A stretch of DNA of 64,000 bases from Iphione sp. A-MEVVRFRX5 (lineage: Eukaryota): positions 62,310,001 through 62,374,000 of the forward strand of contig OZ320321.1 in NCBI GenBank assembly GCA_976226885.1, in the 5' to 3' direction. Positions 13,072 through 27,010 of the stretch are shown here, piece by piece. A model generated the notes under the pieces. The model saw only the letters and a program-made list of their open reading frames with translations. It had not been told where the DNA came from and searched no databases. The translations under genes were made by a program, and so were the position numbers. Position 1 is the stretch's first letter. Each line of letters opens with the position of its first letter.

Positions 13072-16000
13072 ATCAGTCGATTTTCGCAGACGTTTAATTG
13101 ACTCGGCCCGAACGAAGATAAACAGTATTTGCGCGCGGCCGCCGCCGATAATCGCTATTCCATTAGGAACGATAAAGACATTGACATGTGTTTCGGGCGT
13201 CGCTGTCGACCGCAGGCATTCCGGTCGCGAGATACGCGATCCCGAAGTTACTTGTCGCTTCTCACGGCGGGCGCCAAGCAGCCATTGATCTGCGTCGACA
13301 ATGAGTTCGTGTTTGGTTTACGACATCTGCAAATCGTGATCAGTGTCGTGAAAATAAGGTGTGGAAAAAAACGCGGCTGGCCGGGAATAACTCCGGCACG
13401 GCACCCACTTGTTCTTCTTTCTAGGGCGCAATAGATAATATAGCGAACCGAAAGAGGATTCGCGACGGCTCATAGCACAGTCGGAAATCACGCTTCCCAA
13501 ACAAAAAGCAGCGAACACCGGAGTCGGACGTCGATCATATGCATTTGTGGGCGACACTGGAACGCCGCTGCCGACAGGCGTGAGATGACCAAGTCCATTT
13601 ACAAAACGTAATTACTTCTCTCTACAGTGTCAATAAAATCGGTTTTTGAAAATAAAAGACGTCGCATTGTCATTCACCGTAAAGAGCCGGCTGCAAGTGG
13701 GTGAGCATGTCTGTAGCGGAAGTAAGGGGGGGGGGGGTCGGAAACCATTCCCTTCAGGCAGGAGAACTTGTTAGTTTCTTAAGGGTGGCAGCCCGGCACG
13801 AGGAATCGATCGCATTTCACCCAATATCAACGGCGCTGTTCATTTTATGCGTTTATTTCGTATCGGAAGGACATGGAATAAGTACATGATAAGTGGTACT
13901 TGGCGCTTCGCCTCTTGTTCGCCTTGCGGAGGCAAAGCAGCTGTAGTCAGATTTCTGCCAGAGGCGGCGGGGGGGGGGGGTGCCTTGGCAGCCACAAAAG
14001 CCTCTGCCCTTTATCGTATGCATAAATTGCCTAGCGAATTAACACGCCGTAACTAGAAACACACCCCTGGCTACGATTTATCCACCCTCCCTGAATTTTA
14101 TCCCGGCATGTATCGTGTTACACCGAGTTCCAAAGAAAAGCCCTCCTTCCTTTTGACGCTCAGAGCACGTACCGAATCGAGAACGAAAGACTGCTAGCCG
14201 TACTTTTTCCTCCGGCTGGTTCCACAATGGGGCGGATGGGGGCGTAGTTAGGTGCCCCTGCAACAATACTTCCCTGCGATTTTACCAGCCATGAAGTGAT
14301 GCATATGCATGTCTTATATCGGCCCTGGCCAGTGCATGGCCGGCGGGAAGGATTGGTGCCTGCCCAAAGTCTTGATTCCTAACAATAACTGGTGCAGTGG
14401 GCAGAAGTTTCTAGTGTTTTGTTTTAATTATCATACCTTGAAGACCAAGCAAAAGCCCGACATGTAGGTGATATCCAAGCAATTTTCCGCAGGTAACAAT
14501 TTTAAGACTGCCGTGTCGGACTGTCTATTGTTTCCTTTAGGTAACCATAAGGGCAGTATAAAGATGCTTAGTTGTTGCCCAAAAGAACGACATATTTTAA
14601 TTTGAATTACTCCCACAGCAGGTTTTGAACGCTTTGATTGTCCAAGCACTCATGTAACTATTCTTGTTACCGAGAACATACAACCGCATCAACTGGGACA
14701 AATGCTGACGGAGTCGGTAAATCCAGAAAATGAGAGAGAGGAGCAAAAACCCCCTGAATATCGTTTGGTAGGTGTGCAGAACATGAGCGACTATATCTAC
14801 TGACCTAAACGCCCACGCATGTTCAACTCCATGTTCAAGAACGATGTACATTCTGTTCAAGATGTCTCCTGACAGAATAGATTAACAACGAACAGGACAC
14901 GAACACAAGAGAAGAGTTGGCTGGACGAGGGTAGATGACACCTTGACATTGACACACGTCCCAAATTAGTCTTTTTCCTTTCCGCCATCGAGACTCATGC
15001 AAGTAAAAATTGCCCTCATGCAAGAGTAGAAAAAACTAGAAGGTAGGGGATTAGAGAGAAGAAAAAGACCACCACAAGGTAGTCATTGACATTTCATGTT
15101 TCGTAGGCGGTGAAGATGGTGTTCTCAACCAGTGTGCATTTCTAATAACCTTGTTTGAGGAGATCTTAACACTCATCCCTGTTCAAACGAAAGTCATTTT
15201 TCCCATCGCGCGACCCATCCACGTAGGATTTCATTCATCTATATTCCAATATGGCAGGCGGGAAGCACCATCTGCAATAAACATGGCCAAACGATGCCAC
15301 AATGGATCCTTCCATACAATGTAAACTTTATCAATTCAGTTTGGATAGCTAGTATTGTAAACACCGTGTGCTTTTTAAGCAGCGAATGCGATTTGTTCCA
15401 AGTGTATGTACGCACACGGCAAGCAGACGACATCTGACGGCAATGATTTGCGTCGTGAATATAGGAGTGTTCTATGTTAATCTGGCGTGTCATGCGCGGT
15501 GTATCTGGCCTGTTTTCATCAACTGCTCAGTCGCAAGCTGGGGGCAGCCATGCAGGGTTGCCCACCGCTGCCCCACACGGCTAGTGTTTTTCTGGCTGAC
15601 ATGGCATCAGCCCCACCAAAGGATGAGGGTGTCAGTGTACAGCACTAGCCCCCCCCCCGCCCCCCTCCCGGTCCTTGTTTTCTTTGAGGATTTAGAATCT
15701 ATCCGCGCCGCTGTTTGGTGTAACCTGATCGGACAACGCGCCAAATAGAGGGCGCCATTGATGAGTCTAAGCCATTGTGAAAACGCTCTGCTTAAATGCT
15801 TAAACCTTGCAGGTGGCCTTCGTTGTAGAGACTATTCGAGCGTGGTCGGTGAAAGACCAACCACTAACCTGACCTTGGGAAGCTTACGGGAGTGGTTGTT
15901 TGGATATAGTTCCCCCCCCCCTCCATTCTTCATCTTTCATTCTTCTTGTTGGAATTCAATGAAAATAAAACGCGTAAATAGAAAATAGGGACAATTTTAA

Positions 16001-16706
16001 AAGAAGCAAAAGTAAAGTGACAGAGTAGCTAGATTATTGAGCGAAGTCATCACACCCATGCCATCTGCTGCCATTCTTCTCTCTACACTGGTCCTCTCAT
16101 CACTTAATGGTAAACGTATAGGCCCATACTATCAATGAGGTATGTCTTATTTGGACTGGGGCCGGTGCGGAGATATCCATTTGTTATCCTGATTCAACTG
16201 TGAAGACAAGTACCTGTTTGATGAAGGGGGGTATCAGCGGTGCAAATCCGTCGGTAAGACCACCGTTTTCTATCAACAGCGGCCAAACGCACAGGCCTTA
16301 TCGTTTACAATAAATATGTACGGCCACTTGAACGGACCGGTTCTGACCTTTCGCCCAGCGCCAACCTCTCAATACGATACCCCGTTAGCAGGTTCCTGGC
16401 TGTCACAGAGAGGAATGTTAGAAATTCCTTCTGATAGGTCGTCCTGCCATCTGATGCTGCTGAAGAGAATCGGTCCATGCTCCCCCCCCTACTGCTGGCA
16501 ATGACCTTGGGAGATTTTTTTCCCCAGCTACATGTATTTATATCGTTCGCTCCAGGATAACAAGAAATCAGCGTCGGTTCCATTGATGGTTTCTGCAGCA
16601 TATATGAAATCCATGATCATATGCCATAATTGTACATTATAGTGTGTATAAATTGTAAAGTGTGTATAATAAAGTCAGCTTTATTTTGTTAAAAAATGGT
16701 TAATGT

Positions 16707-16892
16707 GGAGTAGAGCCTTGCTCAGGAAACCAAGCTTGGGACCGACTGATTTTTGTTTTTCCTCAGAGGTGGTCTCCCCTATTAAAACCACTTGTCTTCC
16801 AAGATTACATTTTTTCGTTCTAGCTTAATTATGGTCTCTCCCCCATTGTGGTCTCTCCTGGGTAGAAGGTCTTAAACTGAGTCTCTACTGTA
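16707..16892. mobile_element. Degenerate Tigger-like MITE
   Basis: Right end GTCTCTACTG-TA, degenerate left end GGAGTAGAGCC, internal GTGGTCTC repeats. Confidence 0.45.
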
Positions 16893-19800
16893 CATCTATC
16901 AGTGTCGATCTCTTAATACAGTAGAGGTTGATGTTATGTATCACTCACTAAACCTGGACAGCATCGTCGATTATGAGACTGATAAGTTACCTATGCAGTG
17001 GTCTATGAGTGCGTTATTCACACGTGTGGACCGAACTCTCTTGCTTGCCGATAATTAGTTTTACGAGTGGCTTACGAGCCCCCCCCCACCCCTCCTTTCC
17101 TTGCCCTCCTCACTGGACCTCGTGGAGAAACAGCCGTCGGTTAGCGATCCGCACTCATTACAAAGGAAATAACGAAATTTAAAAAGCCGCCTCGTGCCCC
17201 GTTCCAGAGGCCATTTGTTATGCCAAGGGTTTCTCTCATTGGGATCATTAGCTCCTTACAATAGCGACCTCTTAAGACGGCGTGGATGTGTTTCCATTAA
17301 GATTCCGAGCTGGTTTTGGTAGGCGTCTGTTGAGGTGGAACATCAAAGGCTACCGCCCTTGAACATCCCATGGCTATCAAGTGAGACGAGTAGTCGTGGA
17401 GGGCTCACCTGCGCCCCTGGTGGTGGGGTCTCTAATTGATTGATCGAACAAAGGAGGTTTGGGGCATTACTGGGATAGTAGCGTGGACAGTTAGCACTAG
17501 TGTCAATACAAGCAAGCGTACGGGGCACAATGAGCGGATAAAGCCCCCCCCCCCCAAATAGATCATCACAGGTGAGAAATTAAGCAGTACGTTTTCCCCA
17601 TATTCACCTCCTGTAAGTTCAGAAAAGGAACAAAAATCAAAATGAACTCCAATGTGTCGTTTTCAGATTTCCGAATGATTTTGATGGGTGTTTCATTTTG
17701 AAGCGCACGAAAAATGACCTGAGGGCGTTAGTGCTAAGTAGAGCTAAAATTCGGGCCCCAGCCCGGGTCCCCCTTCACATGACTAGGCAAGGGTCAGGTA
17801 TTACCTTCCAGTCCCTAACCAGCCCCTGTAGCCCGCCTTGTTCATGTGTATAATGGACATTAAAGACGTTGACACTCGGAATTAGCCTACTCGTAAGTGC
17901 CTCCTTCCCATTCCCAAAAGGTCCTTTCCTTCCTACTTTGAATTCTCCATGCATTGATTTATATATATACTCCTTTCACCGGAATGTGACAAAAGCGTCT
18001 ATACCTGCGACTATTCTCAGACACCTTCACGGTCGGCCATTGAACGCTGGAGCCGTGGAATGTCGAACAACCATATGGTGGCCCAGATGGTCATCTTATC
18101 TTATTTATTATAGTCTCAGGGGAAATAAAGAGCTACTCATTCCAGACATGCCCTTCATAACAACTCGTCACCCTAGGCGCGCAAATCACATGCCTTTTCC
18201 AATACAGTTACAGGAATTGAGTAGTTGTTGAGCTCTAGATTCTCGTGGATCACTTAAAGTGGCTTAAATGAAAAAGAAAGAAACCCCCTCCTCCCCAGGG
18301 GATCATGATATACATTTGGCAATATTATGTGTACCTACTCCATGAGAGAAAAGAGTCAGTAAATCATAGTTTGGAATATTAAAGAGGACCCTTACGCAGT
18401 GAACATCATTTTTCAATTATATATATTCACACACTTAAGTATTACCCTTTCACCATTTATACTACACGTATTTTATCCATTATCAGCTTGCGATGGAGAG
18501 GCCTAATATAGAATAAAAATCGTTCAATCGGCGATGCCTGATTAACGAACAGAGGCCGAGGATCGGCGCAAGGGTAGCGTGAAGTATGATAGCGAAGGGC
18601 AAGGTGCTGCCTCCGCAAGGGCGCATACCATGCAGGGCCCGGGGCGCTTTATCTAAGGCTTTACCCATTAATGTACGCGGAGCTTCACGGACACGCCGCT
18701 AGGTGGGGCAGGGGCTCAGCCGTACATCCCGCCCGTAATCCTGTCGTGGGTGTCTTTTCAGTCGCGCTGGCCCCGAAGGCCGACAGGAGGCCACTTAATG
18801 GTCGCGGTAAGCCACCCGTTATTGCTCGGTCTTACCAGCAACGCCTCCTCCTCCTCCTCCGTCTAACTCCTTAGCCCAGGTTATAGCACTGCATTCTGGT
18901 GTCTAATGCATTGACTCTTTTATTGGAAGCTGACGAAGAGAAAAGGCCTTCTGAGGGCCTGACCGAAAGGAACTGGCTTGGAGGTGGAGGGGGGGGGTGA
19001 CTCAGCTGGACTCTGTCAACCTACAGCATTGCTGTATTGAGCAACACGGGGTTCTTGGGAAAGGGGTATAGTTGGTCTGGTCGTTCCTTTGACTGACGTT
19101 AATGTCGCTTTGATAGGAGTAGACTTGTGCACTATTGAATGACTGACGTGTCACTATATCCACCTGTAGTCCGGCTGAAAAGGGGGCGAGCTCTGGTAAG
19201 CCTTGACACCGCCCTCCACCCTCCGCCGTCAGGGGCGCTGCTGTCTTTATTGATGGTTATTTCGACACCACCATCACCGTAAACCCTTCGTTTCTTCATT
19301 ATTCCCCCCGCCCGTCGACGTAAAAAGGCCACTTTTAATTATGTTCAGTCAAATATGAGCCAACCCTGTCGTCATATTAACCCTTCGCTCCGTAAGGTGG
19401 ATATATCTCTGCTAATAAAACCCTCAATGAGCATCATGTTGGTGCGAAGATGAAAATGATAAAAAATCACACGCCGTGTAGGAGGAAAGGGTTTTAGGAC
19501 AATATGCTGGAGGCGGGGCAACCATGCAACTTAAATCTAAATCGCTTCTGTCCATTCAGGGCTTAACCAGGTTGTGCTGCCTTTCAGATGGAGCAAAGTG
19601 GCGCCCGAGGCACACAAATCACAACCAGCCACGCTTCGTAACCTGTCAGAGAAACAGCTCCAGCCCGGCTAGTCGTCCTCGCTGTGCTGTCTACCGCTTC
19701 CTTCTGAACACGCTGCATTTTATGTATACAACACCCGCAAAAAGGCGTATTATAGGGTTATTTTGTTGTTATATTTTTCTCCGAACCTTCCACTAACTTA

Positions 19801-21670
19801 GCCTTAAGACTTCCGTTCTCTACATGTATTTGTATACATGTACTATTTCATGTGATGTTTCTGTGATATTTCCCAGATATTCTTTTTAAGATTAAAAACC
19901 GAGTAAAAGCGACGGTGAATTGTTTCATTCAGGAGTGGATTTTAACAAGCGGATGTTCGAAATGTATACCAGGAAGCTGTGATTTCCAAAACTCCACTCT
20001 GGCTATACCAAATGCGATGTTTTCATTCTTAGGTCACGAATTTATGCAATCTCCGCCTTATGTAACAGTGTCTTGATTTTCAGCTCTAAGGGCCTGGAGG
20101 GAATTTAAGTGGCTTGGAATTCACAGTGCGATTCAAAGTAAATAAGAAGACGGAAATAAGTTAAAGGTCCAACAATCTACTGTGCCACACGCTCAGGGCA
20201 CGTAGTTATACCCATTGCTGCTTTATGCATAGGCTACCATAGGCCCGGAGGCAGGACTAGTGTCCCCTAGCGTTACTCTCTGTAACTAACAGCCTGCGCT
20301 GATTCGGGCGGCCATTACGTTGCCTACGGCCAACGACAACAAGTCAGCTACTCCAACTCTGCATTGCCAGTGCCAACCGGCTGACATTCCATGGAATTAT
20401 TGACGTTAAGTGGTGCTTTTATGCCCTGCGTTTTGTCCGTCGTCACAAAGTATTTGCCAAAGGAAACTACTTCCGCTGACGAGAATTTCATTCCACAATC
20501 CGTATTTACTTGCAGCTGAAATTTTTGTCCGCTTAATTTCGTTATGTATGTGTATTAAGGTATATATATGGTTGCGCATTTTGCTGTTCAATATTCAATT
20601 AGATCGGGGTTTCTCAAGAGGTAACTGGTTGAAAAGTGTTCTGGAACGATGTACTGGATTATGGAGAATTATGTGTGTAATGCCGAGGGGCTGTTGGCAC
20701 ACTGGGTCTCCTGGAACATGTGCTGGCAACCTCTAGTGGATAACGGGAGAACTGTTTTCAATTTAAAATCAGACGGCCCTGTCACCTAGAGGTACTACAG
20801 AAAAATAACCTACTCTCATGAAGTTTACTTGTCACTGCACACGTTGATAACAATTTCGTTGAAGTATCTGTATTACAAGTCGTAATTGGTCTTCTTCGAT
20901 GTAAAATGGGAGTATTTTATATGTAATATGTATAAAGATATGTATATAAACTTAAATATGCAATTTGATACAAAGCAAAAACAAATTATACTTTATTAGC
21001 AATATGGACAGGGGTGGGGGGGTTCAACTATTATGGTGAATCGTTATTGGCCCTTTAATTTACCATGAACTGCTATTTGCCTCTCAATTAAATGCCATTC
21101 AGTGAATACTGGTGAAGAGCTACCACAGAAGTAATTCTTGGTGAACTGTTATCTCTTGCTTTTTGAAGCATTACGGTTGCTTTGAATTCTTCATAAAACA
21201 TAATTAGGTAGACCCAGCACTCCCTCCCCCTGCCTCTATAGCTGTCAGATCTATTAACAAGACGTGCAAGACGACATTATAAATTATCCACTACGTCAGC
21301 AAGGAACTTGTTTGAGATCGGTATTTAAACATGCTATTATTTCTTAGACTTGGAAACATTTTTGATTTTCTTTACCACGTATTTTCATGTGAACAGGTAA
21401 TGTAGACCCTGTGGATTAGTTAGGCAGCTTGCCTGGTACAGAAATCTCACGTCATTTCCTTTAGGGAAATTGAATTCAATTTCTTTGTTATTGTCTTTAA
21501 ACGGATGCACCATTCACAACAATGAATGAATGTACAAAATGATGACAAATATCAATGAAGGATATGTGTCATGACGGTAAAAAAGCGAAGAACAATATTT
21601 GGCTATCATCTCTGTTAACCTTTTGCTGACATACCAAAAGTGTAGGCTATACACAAACACCTTGCCATCC

Positions 21671-22006
21671 CAGGCCCGTAGCCAGGAAGTCTTGTGGGGG
21701 GTATCTCAAATCGGAGAGGTTGAACTCTTAGCTAGAGAGGTGGAACGACTGGTTAGAGAGGTGGAACTCATAGTTAGAGAGGTTAGAGATCACTTACTCT
21801 TTAGTATATTTCACCTGCTGGCAAATCCATGTACAGCTGCATGCAAATGTGTTAATCATACTTTCACTACACTCAGAATCATTTCTATATTCCCTCCCTC
21901 CATTTCTCATGATACACCCTTGGCTATAGGCATAAAGAGGTGGAACTCCTGGCTTTTGTGGGGGTATCGGACGATACCCCCCGATACCCCCTTCGCTACT
22001 GGCCTG
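21671..22006. mobile_element. MITE family B, long copy with an internal 21-bp tandem repeat
   Basis: TIR CAGGCC(C/A)GTAGC; flanked on both sides by CATCC (21666-21670, 22007-22011); internal GTTAGAGAGGTGGAACT-type repeats at ~21713-21790. Confidence 0.65.
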
Positions 22007-24977
22007 CATCCTAGACGCTCAGCATCCAGAATTTTCTTCTTATCCTGATAAGTCTTCAAGGAATCTATGACCACTTTCCCATTATTTCATATGAATTTCC
22101 CCTGCCTAATGCAGGGGGGAGGGGGGGGGGTCATTGGGGGTCCCACCACCACAAGGCGACAAGAGGGCAGGGAAATAGAGAGGAGGATAAAGCCTGTCTC
22201 TTGTTCAAGGTTGTGGTGGGTGCTGATACCCATGGGGTAGGTCTTTGAGATGGCAGGTGGTGGGGCTGAGGTGCGGCCAGTGAGGGGCTCATAGGTGAGG
22301 GGCTCACTCAGTAGCTATTGTAAGGTGTAGCAAGGCTGATCAGATGTCTGGCCTAGACTCAAAGGATTGCTGGGTGAAATAACCAGCCTCAACACAGAAA
22401 ACTCTGGTTTACTCCACTTACTGTACTTCTGTTGGGTGTAACTCTCTCAACTCTGAGACAATTAATATTTGTAGTACAGTTAAATCTCATCAATATGGAC
22501 AACACAGGACCTGCAAGAAACTGTCCATAAGAGCGATGTGTGGATTAGGGTCGGTTTCCTTACCTGCATTGGTGTCTGTGTGCATTGTCATGCATTGCCA
22601 TGCATTGCCATGCGTTTTTTTACCAGCACACTGGTTTCAATGGAGGGTGTCCATTGTATGTGTGGCCTGTCCATGTGCGTTGCCATGCATTGCCTGTTTT
22701 CAGTTCTACACCCATAATTTAACGCAAATGGACTGTAAATGGACAGTAGTATACAGAAGATTGTCTTTGCATCAGGTGAACTAACATGAAACCATGTCAA
22801 AGACATGAAAAACCATCCTTTAACTAGTAAAATTCACTAGTTTTTGCCAGTATTCCTGTCAAATTTGTCCTTTAAATAGTGGAATTTCTTTTTCATCTAT
22901 ACTTTTTCTGCAGTGATAATACAACCTCAACACAACCTCAATAGACACCCCTGTCCATTAGGCTTAGTTAAGAGAAAATGCATGTAAAATGCATACTAAC
23001 GCACACAGAGGCATAACACAGAGTCACGGACACCAATGCAGCTAAGCAAACCGACCCTTACCACTAGTACGGATTTATAGTCTTTCTGTCTTTCATCTAT
23101 GCATACTGTGAGATATCCCAGCTAGAGATCTGTCTGGAACGAGAGGACATTCATACGATGGGCACATGTCATACTTCTTGTAGCAGTCTGAGAATCTCTT
23201 ATTTTCCTAAACCCTTTTTGAACAGTGCCGCATAACCTCCTCATAGGTCTCTACAATGAATGATCAAAAGGGAATCTCTCCTAGTGTTCGAAAGCCAATC
23301 CGTATAAAATTGAATGATCGCATGAGTGAAGACCCCCCAACGGAACAAATCATACCCGTCCTGGGGGGTCACTAATTGATGGTTCGAATATAGTTTATTC
23401 ATAACTGCTGCCCAGATTTCTCACGTAGGAATGCAATGAGACGCCCACGAGTCAGGCAAGATCGACCGGACGGCGGTCATAACACCATTCCCAACTGTTG
23501 GTTTTGTTTTCATCGATGAATATAGAATCCCGACAGGTTGACCCGCCCGTGTGTGTCTGTGTGACCTTCGAGTTGGGGGGTGTCTGTTTGGCAATATGGA
23601 GGTATTCTAGGGGCAGGAAGCGTACACGTCGGAGTCACGCGATCTCGCTATAGAAACCTGCCATCTCTGGAGGCTTTGCCGCGCTTTGCCAATAATGATC
23701 AACACTGCTGAAAAGGAGAGACAACGTCTCGCCTTCCTTCTCAGAATAGGAGAGGCTTGGGGGTGGGGGGATGGGTGGGAGAGGGGGAGGATATGCCACA
23801 CCATACCAAGCACGAGAACGGGAACAATATCTGCGGGGAGAATTCTAAATAAAGAAAAATAAAAAGCATGACCCCGACCTTGAAAGCCAATCATCGCTCC
23901 AACTAGCCCACTTGGATGGAGTTATTGTCATGGTCTTGGCAAACAGGAGGCAATCAATCGACAGCTCCGGCAGAGCTATTTCCAGCGTACCAATGAATGT
24001 TATATGTTGTGCAGTATCTAAAGACCTTGAGTGCATGAGCTATGAGGACTTTACTTCAGAAGAGCAGAAATTAGCAGTGTCAGGGAATTAATTGGTAGTT
24101 AAGCCATTGATATTTGCGATTGATATTTAAGTATAACTTGATTCTTCCACCAAATACTGAAGGAAGTAATAGTATCCTTAACAAAATACTTATTTCACAA
24201 GATGCACTCAAATCCGTTTTACACAGCAGCATTTAGCACAATAATACAGGAGTGCGGCATGGGAGATACTCTGGTGGTCCCTGTGGTACATTTGGTGAGG
24301 AATTGCACACACCAATGCAGGAGCCGAAACCCATCACTAGGTTTTAATCCCTATCAAAACTCAGGTAAAACGAAGGCTACATTGGAAAAGTGACAGAAAA
24401 CAAGCAGTAAACACACAGGTATTGATTTATTTATATATTGAATAAATTATCTATGGTATAATATACCATCATCTATTACCAACCACATTAATTTGGGAGC
24501 AAATTGGCTATTGTGACTGTTTGAGCTCAGAACCGAAATTCTCTCCATAATTAACCTATATGATTTATTATCGATTACCAACCAAATCAATTTGCGACCA
24601 AAACCAGCATATGACCACACTTCAAAGGGTTATTTTTGTTATATTTTACATGCAATTTCCGATCAGAGCACCAACAGCGACCACTCTGGTGTCTCTCACA
24701 CCTCTGTTAATGATTGAAAGAGTGGTAGGGAGAGGCCGACCTCTCTGAAGTACCCCAGAACTGGGTTAACAGGTGAATGAGAGGCCCGAACAGACCAGGG
24801 GCGACAATCACGAACCCCTCTGACGTACTTCACACCCTGGAGGAGCTGGTCATGGGAGACAAGGGGGGGGGGGTCAACGGTCACCGCTCTGAGGTATTTC
24901 AGATACTATAGACATGTAAGTAGAGAGAGAAGGAGAAGGGGATAATGTTTCCAGCCCAGACCCCTTACTCAATCGAT

Positions 24978-25051
24978 TTCCGACCATTCTTGCTATTCCG
25001 ACCATTTGAGCTTGGACCCGACCACTGGTCGGAAATAGATACTCCACTGTA
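24978..25051. mobile_element. Right-end fragment of the 9993-10174 MITE family
   Basis: GACCATTCTTGCTATTCCGACCATTTGAGCTTGG...ACTCCACTGTA aligns with the 3' half of 9993-10174. Confidence 0.6.
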
Positions 25052-25679
25052 TGGTGTGGTGGTGGTTAGACCATAAGGTGTGGTGGTGTGTATGTGTTAC
25101 TTTGTTTCTACTTTGCTGCCTATAGTAGTAGTAGTCTGTAGTAGTAGTAGTGACCACTGGCCTGCATGCAAACTGGAAGGCTGAGTGTGTTAGGCCTTCT
25201 TTGCCAGTCATAGCCCAACTCCCACACCAAGATCGCTGCAGTGCTTCTCCATGGCACACCATGGGAACTGGGTAGCCTATGCCCCCAGGCTAGACTGTAG
25301 TGGATCTAGAGGACCAGCATGTTGATAAATCAGTTGGTAGATATAAGGCACCTAGGTTAACAAGGTCGTGGGCCCCACATCCCACTTGTTGACTAAATAC
25401 TTCCTTGGTGGTGGTGAACTTCTGAGCTATGGAGGACATTGGCAGCTCCAGGGATGTCATTCAGCAGACCTTATCCTACCACAAGATGCCCAATGAAATG
25501 AGCCAAAATACCAAGTGCTCCATACAATGCTTTAAGGTTGTAGGATCATGTGTAGCTTGACTTTGGGTTTGCTCCCCAATCCTGGAAAAACAACACTGCA
25601 ATAGAAAAAGAAACCAGAGAAGTAAATCGTCCCTATCGCACAAGGCACAGTGATCCAAGCCAAACATGCTAGATAAATT

Positions 25680-26074
25680 TTCAGAATTATGGTATGGAAT
25701 GTAAGAATACTTACAAATGCATCGTCCACTGAATAATTATTGAAAATAATGAAGAAATACAAATTGGACATTGCTGCTTTCAGTGAAACACACTGGATAG
25801 GTATCAACAAGACTACCAAAGGTGGACACACAATTCTGTACTCAAGTTGTAAAGATCAAATACACAGACAAGTTGTTGCCCTATTTTTATCAGTTAGAGC
25901 AGCAAAATCATTCATAGAATGGAATCCCATCAATGAAAGAATAATGCTGGCAAGATTCATATCCAAGCATGTCAAGCTGATCATTGTTTCTTGTTATGCA
26001 CCAACTGAAGACGCCAACAAAGAAGATAAAGATAAATTTTACAATGTCATGCAAGAGGTTTGAAACACAATTCC
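25680..26074 (+). pseudogene. RTE-type LINE, 5' part of the AP-endonuclease domain (interrupted by the PLE)
   Basis: Translates to RIMVWNVRIL, KYKLDIAAFSETHW, EWNPINERIMLARF, IVSCYAPTEDANKEDKDKFYNVMQEV, typical APE-like LINE endonuclease motifs; the true 5' end lies further upstream and is not resolved. Confidence 0.9.
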
Positions 26075-26438
26075 CAAAAAATTTTCTTCCCTATCACTAT
26101 AAACCCTACAAGGATAGGTAAATAGAATAGGAGAAAATTTTGAACAAAATGTATATCGTACCACATCTCTGTCTATAGGTTAAAGATCTCCATATAAATG
26201 AATTACAAATATCATTACTCTTGAGGAAAATTGTGCCTGATGAGACAATAGTCGAAACCGTGTTATAGTGGATAAAATAAAGCCATCCAAAATAATATTC
26301 ATGCTTGCCATAGTGAGACCTGAACATTGCTAGGCAACCATGGGGCCCACTTGTATATATACCAAGGACTATCCAGTGCTGGCTCACCACAACTCGGTTG
26401 CACCCCTCTGACTGCAGAGCTTTGCCACGTCGTTAACA
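26075..26438 (+). repeat. PLE 5' pseudo-LTR
   Basis: Differs from 31004-31368 by 5 substitutions and a 1-nt indel in an A run (manual comparison). Confidence 0.95.
26229..26269 (+). ncRNA. Minimal type-I hammerhead ribozyme-like motif (5' pLTR)
   Basis: CTGATGA-GAC-AATA-GTC-GAAAC core with a 3-bp stem II; stem I possible between ATTGTG and TATAGT with G:U pairs; stem III and the cleavage triplet are imperfect. Confidence 0.6.
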
Positions 26439-27010
26439 TATTTGAATCTCTTAACGCTCTGTAGCCGCCGAGCCGCCGGGTAGCCAGCACACACAAAAGC
26501 ACCCTTTACCGGGCCCCAACCGTCAGCTTAGTCATAGACCTAAGCGACAGAATTCAAACGAATTACAACCACAACGGAAAAGCCAAAAAAGAAAAGATAC
26601 GGGATCACACACAAATACAGTGGATACCCGACACATAAAACAGAGAATAATATAACTACACGCAAATGCGAATTTCTCCGAAGAAATATAAAATAGTAAT
26701 AAAAAGGTTCAGATACGAGAGAGAAGCCGCGCAGCGATTACATAACAAAGAGCTACCAACAGTAACGCCGCATAGAAAGACTATTTATACCCCACGAACG
26801 TATGCACCGACAAGACCCACGCTAAATTGCCAGTTGGTGTCGCTGAACGACAAAAAACCACAGGCTAATGAAAACACCATTTTACTGTATAATCCGTCCC
26901 AACATAGAGAAAAGAAAGGTATATAGTTTCACTCACAAAATCGAGTCCAAACAAGTGTCAGTCCAGAACCGACCTACACTTCTAACACACAGAATCACCA
27001 TTTAGATACA

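Noticed and set aside
18941-18962. Histone 3' stem-loop-like hairpin AGGCCTTCTGAGGGCCT
   Set aside because: Loop and flanks do not fit the GGYYYUUYUNARRRCC-ACCCA consensus, and there is no histone ORF upstream
14660-19330. Possible small exons (e.g. ~14670-14770, 16305-16520, 19000-19330)
   Set aside because: Some splice-like signals and coding-looking stretches, but no recognisable domain or consistent exon chain could be built by eye
26106-26390. 94-aa minus-strand ORF duplicated at 31036-31320
   Set aside because: Duplicated only because it lies in the pLTRs; no protein features
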